A stretch of 64,000 nt of DNA from Laetmonice hystrix (Eukaryota). Location of the stretch: contig OZ249436.1 of NCBI GenBank assembly GCA_965235115.1, forward strand, positions 27,034,001 to 27,098,000, given 5' to 3'. Positions 55,401 through 64,000 of this stretch are shown in pieces (the first letter of the stretch is position 1; each line of letters opens with the position of its first letter). The translations under genes and the position numbers were made by a program. Under the pieces are notes generated by a model. The model searched no databases and was not told where the DNA came from. It saw only the letters and a list, made by a program, of their open reading frames with translations.

Positions 55401-58400
55401 TGGCTGACTGGCCCTCAGACATTACCCCGAACCACTCAGCCAACACCCTCCCTCTTCCCAATCCCCATGATATGGCTGACTGGTCCTCAGACATTACCCC
55501 GAACCACCCAGCCAACACCCTCCCTCTTTCCAATCCCCATGATATGGCTGACTGACCCTCAGACATTACCCCGAACCACTCAGCCAACACCCTCCCCTTC
55601 CCAATCCCATGATATGGCTGACTGGCCCTTAGACATTATCCCAAACCACTCAGCCAACACCCTCCCTCTACCCAATCCCCATGATATGGCTGACTGGCCC
55701 TTAGCCATTACCCCGAACCACTCAGCCAACATCCTCCCTCTTCCCAATCCCCATGATATGGCTGACTGGCCCTCAGACATTACCCCGAACCACTCAGCCA
55801 ACACCCTCCCTCTTCCCAATCCCCATGATATGGCTGACTGGTCCTCAGACATTACCCCGAACCACCCAGCCAACACCCTCCCTCTTTCCAATCCCCATGA
55901 TATGGCTGACTGACCCTCAGACATTACCCCGAACCACTCAGCCAACACCCTCCCCTTCCCAATCCCATGATATGGCTGACTGGCCCTTAGACATTATCCC
56001 AAACCACCCAGCCAACACCCTCCCTCTTCCCAATCCCCATGATATGGCTGAATGTCCCTCACACATTACCCCGAACCACTCAGCCAACCCCCTCCCTCTT
56101 CCCAATCCCCACGATATGGCTGACTGGCCCTTAGACATTACCCGGACCACTCAGCCAACACCCTCCCTCTTGCCAATCCCCATGATATGGCTGACTGGCC
56201 CTTAGACATTACCCCGAACCACTCAGCCAACACCTTCCCCCCTCTTTCCAATCCCAATGATATGGTTGACTGGCCCTCAGATGTTACCCCTAACCACTCA
56301 GCCAACACCCTTCATGTTCCCAATCCCCATGATATGGCTGACTGACCCTCACTCATTACCCCGAACCACTCAGCCAACACCCTCCCTCTACCCAATCCCC
56401 ATGATAACGCTGACTGGCCCTTAGACATTACCCCGAACCACTCAGCCAACACCCTCCCTCTTCCCAATCCCCATGATATGGCTGACTGGCCCTCAGACAT
56501 TACCCCGAACCACTCAGCCAACACCCTCCCTCTTCCCAATCCCCATGATATGGCTGACTGGCCCTCAGACATTACCCCGAACCACCCAGCCAACACCCTC
56601 CCACTTTCCAATCCCCATGATATGGCTGACTGACCCTCAGACATTACCCCGAACCACTCAGCCAACACCCTCCCCTTCCCAATCCCATGATATGGCTGAC
56701 TGTCCCTCAGACATTACCCCGAACCACTCAGCCAACACCCTCCCTCTTCCCAATCCCCATGATATGGCTGACTGGCCCTCAGACATTACCCCGAACCACT
56801 CAACCAACACCCTCCCTCTTCCCAATCCCCATGATATGGCTGACTGGCCCTCAGACAATACCCCGAACCACCCAGCCAACACCCTCCCTCTTTCCAATCC
56901 CCATGATATGGCTGACTGACCCTCAGACATTACCCCGAACGACTGAGCCAACACGCTCCCTCTTCCCAATCCCCATGATATGGCTGAATGTCCCTCACAC
57001 ATTACCCCGAACCACTCAGCCAACCCCCTCCCTCTTCCCAATCCCCACGATATGGCTGACTGGCCCTTAAAGTAGACATTACCCGGACCACTCAGCCAAC
57101 ACCCTCCCTCTTGCCAATCCCCATGATATGGCTGACTGGCCCTTAGACATTACCCCGAACCACTCAGCCAACACCTTCCCCCCTCTTTCCAATCCCAATG
57201 ATATGGTTGACTGGCCCTCAGATGTTACCCCTAACCACTCAGCCAACACCCTTCATGTTCCCAATCCCCATGATATGGCTGACTGGCCCTCACTCATTAC
57301 CCCGAACCACTCAGCCAACACCCTCCCTCTACCCAATCCCCATGATATGGCTGACTGGCCCTTAGCCATTACCCCGAACCACTCAGCCAACATCCTCCCT
57401 CTTCCCAATCCCCATGATATGGCTGACTGGCCCTCAGACATTACCCCGAACCACTCAGCCAACACCCTCCCTCTTCCCAATCCCCATGATATGGCTGACT
57501 GGTCCTCAGACATTACCCCGAACCACCCAGCCAACACCCTCCCTCTTTCCAATCCCCATGATATGGCTGACTGACCCTCAGACATTACCCCGAACCACTC
57601 AGCCAACACCCTCCCCTTCCCAATCCCATGATATGGCTGACTGGCCCTTAGACATTATCCCAAACCACCCAGCCAACACCCTCCCTCTTCCCAATCCCCA
57701 TGATATGGCTGACTGTCCCTCAGACATTACCCCGAACCACTCTGCCAACACCCTCCCACTTCCCAATCCCCATGATATGGCTGACTGACCCTCAGACATT
57801 ACCCCGAACCACTCAGCCAACACTCTCCCCCTTCCCAATCCCATGATATGGCTGACTGGCCCTCAGACATTACCCCGAACGACTGAGCCAACACGCTCCC
57901 TCTTCCCAATCCCCATGATATGGCTGAATGTCCCTCACACATTACCCCGAACCACTCAGCCTACCCCCTCCCTCTTCCCAATCCCCACGATATGGCTGAC
58001 TGGCCCTTAGACATTACCCGGACCACTCAGCCAACACCCTCCCTCTTGCCAATCCCCATGATATGGCTGACTGGCCCTTAGACATTACCCCGAACCACTC
58101 AGCCAACACCTTCCCCCCTCTTTCCAATCCCAATGATATGGTTGACTGGCCCTCAGATGTTACCCCTAACCACTCAGCCAACACCCTTCATGTTCCCAAT
58201 CCCCATGATATGGCTGACTGACCCTCACTCATTACCCCGAACCACTCAGCCAACACCCTCCCTCTACCCAATCCCCATGATAACGCTGACTGGCCCTTAG
58301 ACATTACCCCGAACCACTCAGCCAACACCCTCCCTCTTCCCAATCCCCATGATATGGCTGACTGGCCCTCAGACATTACCCCGAACCACTCAGCCAACAC

Positions 58401-61400
58401 CCTCCCTCTTCCCAATCCCCATGATATGGCTGACTGGCCCTCAGACATTACCCCGAACCACCCAGCCAACACCCTCCCTCTTTCCAATCCCCATGATATG
58501 GCTGACTGACCCTCAGACATTACCCCGAACCACTCAGCCAACACCCTCCCCTTCCCAATCCCATGATATGGCTGACTGTCCCTCAGACATTACCCCGAAC
58601 CACTCAGCCAACACCCTCCCTCTTCCCAATCCCCATGATATGGCTGACTGGCCCTCAGACATTACCCCGAACCACTCAACCAACACCCTCCCTCTTCCCA
58701 ATCCCCATGATATGGCTGACTGGCCCTCAGACAATACCCCGAACCACCCAGCCAACACCCTCCCTCTTTCCAATCCCCATGATATGGCTGACTGACCCTC
58801 AGACATTACCCCGAACCACTCAGCCAACACTCTCCCCCTTCCCAATCCCATGATATGACTGACTGGCCCTCAGACATTACCCCGAACGACTGAGCCAACA
58901 CGCTCCCTCTTCCCAATCCCCATGATATGGCTGACTGGCCCTCACTCATTACCCCGAACCACTCAGCCAACACCCTCCCTCTACCCAATCCCCATGATAT
59001 GGCTGACTGGCCCTTAGACATTACCCCGAACCACTCAACCAACACCCTCCCTCTTCCCAATCCCCATGATATGGCTGACTGGCCCTCAGACATTACCCCG
59101 AACCACTCAGCCAACACCCTCCCTCTTCCCAATCCCCATGATATGGCTGACTGGCCCTCAGACATTACCCCGCACCACCCAGCCAACACCCTCCCTCTTT
59201 CCAATCCCCAGGATATGGCTGACTGACCCTCAGACATTACCCCGAACCACTCAGCCAACACCCTCCCCCTTCCCAATCCCCATGATATGGCTGACTGGCC
59301 CTTAGACATTACCCCGAACCACTCAGCCAACACCCTCCCTCTTCCCAATCCCCATGATATGGCTGACTCGCCCTTAGACATTACCCCGAACCACTCAGCC
59401 AACACCTTCATCCCTTCACAGTCTCCATGATATGGCCGACTGGCCCTTAGACATTACCCCGAACCACTCAGCCAACACCCTCCCTCTTGCCAATCCCCAT
59501 GATATGGCTGACTGGCCCTTAGACATTACCCCGAACCACTCAGCCAACACCCTCCCACTTCCCAATCCCCATGATATGGCTGACTGGCCCTTAGACATTA
59601 ACCCGAAACACTCAGCCAACACCTTCATCCCTTCACAATCTCCATGATATGGCCGACTGGCCCTTAGACATTACCCCGAACCACTCAGCCAACACCCTCC
59701 CTCTTGCCAATCCCCATGATATGGCTGACTGGCCCTTAGACATTACCCCGAACCACTCAGCCAACACCCTCCCTCTTGCCAATCCCCATGATATGGCTGA
59801 CTGGCCCTTAGACATTACCCCGAACCACTCAGCCAACACCTTCCCTCTTCCCAATCCCCATGATATGGCTGACTGGCCCTCAGACATTACCCCGAACCAC
59901 TCAGCCAACAGCCTCCCCCTTCCCAATCCCCATGATATGGCTGACTGGCCCTTAGACATTACCCCGAACCACCCAGCCAACACCCTCCCTCTTCCCAATC
60001 CCCATGATATGGCTGACTGGCCCTCAGACATTACCCCGAACCACTCAGCCAACACGCTCCTTCTTCCCAATCCCCATGATATGGCTGAATGTCCCTCACA
60101 CATTACCCCGAACCACTCAGCCAACCCCCTCCCTCTTCCCAATCCCCACGATATGGCTGAATGGCCCTTAGACATTACCCGGACCACTCAGCCAACACCC
60201 TCCCTCTTGCCAATCCCCATGATATGGCTGACTGGCCCTTAGACATTACCCCGAACCACTCAGCCAACACCCTCCCCTTCCCAATCCCATGATATGGCTG
60301 ACTGGCCCTTAGACATTATCCCAAACCACCCAGCCAACACCCTCCCTCTTCCCAATCCCCATGATATGGCTGACTGGCCCTCACTCATTACCCCGAACCA
60401 CTCAGCCAACACTCTCCCCCTTCCCAATCCCATGATATGGCTGACTGGCCCTCAGACATTACCCCGAACGACTGAGCCAACACGCTCCCTCTTCCCAATC
60501 CCCATGATATGGCTGAATGTCCCTCACACATTACCCCGAACCACTCAGCCAACACCCTCCCCTTCCCAATCCCATGATATGGCTGACTGGCCCTTAGACA
60601 TTATCCCAAACCACCCAGCCAACACCCTCCCTCTTCCCAATCCCCATGATATGGCTGACTGTCCCTCAGACATTACCCCGAACCACTCAGCCAACACCCT
60701 CCCTCTTCCCAATCCCCATGATATGGCTGACTGGCCCTTAGACATTACCCGGACCACTCAGCCAACACCCTCCCTCTTGCCAATCCCCATGATATGGCTG
60801 ACTGGCCCTCAGACATTACCCCGAACCACTCAGCCAACACCCTCCCCTTCCCAATCCCATGATATGGCTGACTGGCCCTTAGACATTATCCCAAACCACC
60901 CAGCCAACACCCTCCCTCTTCCCAATCCCCGTGATATGGCTGACTGGCCCTCACTCATTACCCCGAACCACTCAGCCAACACTCTCCCCCTTCCCAATCC
61001 CATGATATGGCTGACTGGCCCTCAGACATTACCCCGAACGACTGAGCCAACACGCTCCCTCTTCCCAATCCCCATGATATGGCTGAATGTCCCTCACACA
61101 TTACCCCGAACCACTCAGCCAACACCCTCCCCTTCCCAATCCCATGATATGGCTGACTGGCCCTTAGACATTATCCCAAACCACCCAACCAACACCCTCC
61201 CTCTTCCCAATCCCCATGATATGGCTGACTGTCCCTCAGACATTACCCCGAACCACTCAGCCAACACCCTCCCACTTCCCAATCCCCATGATATGGCTGA
61301 CTGGCCCTTAGACATTACCCGGACCACTCACCCAACACCCTCCCTCTTGCCAATCCCCATGATATGGCTGACTGGCCCTTAGACATTACCCCGAACCACT

Positions 61401-64000
61401 CAGTCAACACCTTCCCCCCTCTTTCCAATCCCAATGATATGGTTGACTGGCCCTCAGATGTTACCCCTAACCACTCAGCCAACACCCTTCATGTTCCCAA
61501 TCCCCATGATATGGCTGACTGGCCCTCACTCATTACCACTAACCACTCAGCCAACACCCTCCCTCTTCCCAATCCCCATGATATGGCTGACTGGCCCTTA
61601 GACATTACCCCGAACCACTCAACCAACACCCTCCCTCTTCCCAATCCCCATGATATGGCTGACTGGCCCTCAGATTTTACCCCGAACCACTCAGCCAACA
61701 CCCTCCCTCTTCCCAATCCCCATGATATTGCTGACTGGCCCTCAGACATTACCCCGAACCACCCAGCCAACACCCTCCCTCTTTCCAATCCCCATGATAT
61801 GGCTGACTGACCCTCAGACATTACCCCGAACCACTCAGCCAACACCCTCCCCCTTCCCAATCCCCATGATATGGCTGACTGGCCCTTAGACATTATCCCA
61901 AAGCACCCAGCCAACACCCTCCCCCTTCCCAATCCCCATGATATGGCTGACTGGTCCTCAGACATTACCCCAAACCACTGAGCCAACACCCTCCCTCGAC
62001 CCAATCCCCATGATATGGCTGACTGGCCCTCAGACATTACCCCGAACCACTCACAGCCAACACCCTCCCTCTTTCAAATCCCCATGATATGGCTGACTGA
62101 CCCTCAGACATTACCCCGAACCACTCAGCCAACACCCTCCCCCTTCCCAATCCCCATGATATGGCTGACTGGCCCTTAGACATTACCCCGAAGCACTCAG
62201 CCAACACCCTCCCTCTTCCCAATCCCCATGATATGGCTGACTGGCCCTCAGACATTACCCCGAACCACTCAGCCAACACCCTCCCTCTTCCCAATCCCCA
62301 TGATATGGCTGACTGGCCCTTAGACATTACCCCGAACCACTCAGCCAACACCCTCCCTCTTCCCAATCCCCATGATATGGCTGACTGGCCCTTAGACATT
62401 ACCCCGAACCACTCAACCAACACCCTCCCTCTTCCCAATCCCCATGATATGGCTGACTGGCCCTCAGATTTTACCCCGAACCACTCAGCCAACACCCTCC
62501 CTCTTCCCAATCCCCATGATATTGCTGACTGGCCCTCAGACATTACCCCGAACCACCCAGCCAACACCCTCCCTCTTTCCAATCCCCATGATATGGCTGA
62601 CTGACCCTCAGACATTACCCCGAACCACTCAGCCAACACCCTCCCCCTTCCCAATCCCCATGATATGGCTGACTGGCCCTTAGACATTATCCCAAAGCAC
62701 CCAGCCAACACCCTCCCCCTTCCCAATCCCCATGATATGGCTGACTGGTCCTCAGACATTACCCCAAACCACTGAGCCAACACACTCCCTCGACCCAATC
62801 CCCATGATATGGCTGACTGGCCCTCAGACATTACCCCGAACCACTCACAGCCAACACCCTCCCTCTTTCAAATCCCCATGATATGGCTGACTGACCCTCA
62901 GACATTACCCCGAACCACTCAGCCAACACCCTCCCCCTTCCCAATCCCCATGATATGGCTGACTGGCCCTTAGACATTACCCCGAAGCACTCAGCCAACA
63001 CCCTCCCTCTTCCCAATCCCCATGATATGGCTGACTGGCCCTCAGACATTACCCCGAACCACTCAGCCAACACCCTCCCTCTTCCCAATCCCCATGATAT
63101 GGCTGACTGGCCCTTAGACATTACCCCGAACCACTCAGCCAACACCCTCCCTCTTCCCAATCCCCATGATATGGCTGACTGGCCCTTAGACATTACCCCG
63201 AACCACTCAGCCAACACCCTCCCTCTTCCCAATCCCCATGATATGGCTGACTGGCCCTCAGACATTACCCCGAACCACTCAGCCAACACCCTCCCTCTTC
63301 CCAATCCCCATGATATGGCTGACTGGCCCTCAGACATTACCCCGAACCACTCAGCCAACACCCTCCCTCTTCCCAATCCCCATGATATGGCTGACTGGCC
63401 CTCAGACATTACCCCGAACCACTCAGCCAACACCCTCCCTCTTCCCAATCCCCATGATATGGCTGACTGGCCCTCAGACATTACCCCGCACCACCCAGCC
63501 AACACCCTCCCTCTTTCCAATCCCCAGGATATGGCTGACTGACCCTCAGACATTACCCCGAACCACTCAGCCAACACCCTCCCCCTTCCCAATCCCCATG
63601 ATATGGCTGACTGGCCCTTAGACATTATCCCAAAGCACCCAGCCAACACCCTCCCCCTTCCCAATCCCCATGATATGGCTGACTGGTCCTCAGACATTAC
63701 CCCGAACCACAGAGCCAACACCCTCCCTCGACCCAATCCCCATGATATGGCTGACTGGCCCTCAGACATTACCCCGAACCACTCACAGCCAACACCCTCC
63801 CTCTTCCCAATCCCCATGACATGGCTGACTGGCCCTCAGACATTACCCCGAACCACTCAGCCAACACCCTCCCTCTTCCCAATCCCCATGATATGGCTGA
63901 CTCGCCCTTAGACATTACCCCGAACCACTCAGCCAACACCTTCATCCCTTCACAGTCTCCATGATATGGCCGACTGGCCCTTAGACATTACCCCGAACCA

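Larger units (their letters stand above)
1..64000. repeat. 72-bp tandem satellite array, all monomers head-to-tail, running off both window ends
   Basis: The consensus ATGATATGGCTGACTGGCCCTYAGACATTACCCCGAACCACTCAGCCAACACCCTCCCTCTTCCCAATCCCC recurs every ~72 bp, with 70-77 bp variants and a 51-bp variant. Consensus composition (C allele) is A17 C32 G9 T14. Confidence 0.99.

Noticed and set aside
1..64000. Hundreds of Pro-rich (+) and Gly/Trp-rich (-) repeat ORFs, up to 526 aa (45187-46767)
   Set aside because: They result from a 72-bp (3n) monomer with stop-free frames on both strands. Frequent 70/71/73/74-bp monomers and TGA variants shift or end frames, and long ORFs wander between frames, so there is no sign of coding constraint.
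1..64000. CRISPR-like regular periodicity
   Set aside because: The entire unit repeats, with no unique spacers, leader or cas genes.

Overview
The whole window is eukaryotic-type satellite DNA: a head-to-tail array of about 810 copies (estimated from lengths) of a 72-bp C-rich monomer, ATGATATGGCTGACTGGCCCTYAGACATTACCCCGAACCACTCAGCCAACACCCTCCCTCTTCCCAATCCCC. I find no credible protein-coding or RNA genes. The ORFs arise because the 72-bp unit equals 24 codons, and they are broken by frequent frameshifts and stops. Two kinds of non-satellite island interrupt the array, both only in the first 38 kb. Island B is a 462-bp non-autonomous DNA transposon (MITE-like) with TAG...CTA ends, 13-bp TIRs and a 9-bp target-site duplication; it occurs 4 times at the same monomer position, and the empty pre-insertion allele is also present twice. 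Island A is a ~620-bp composite (8 copies) made of an AT-rich insert with an internal 171-bp-period direct repeat, diverged monomers and a ~100-bp insert. The consensus monomer carries a canonical G-quadruplex/i-motif tract and an 11-bp dyad. The array grew by nested duplications of about 0.4-8 kb rather than one fixed higher-order repeat. Organism, chromosomal location and function cannot be determined from the sequence alone.
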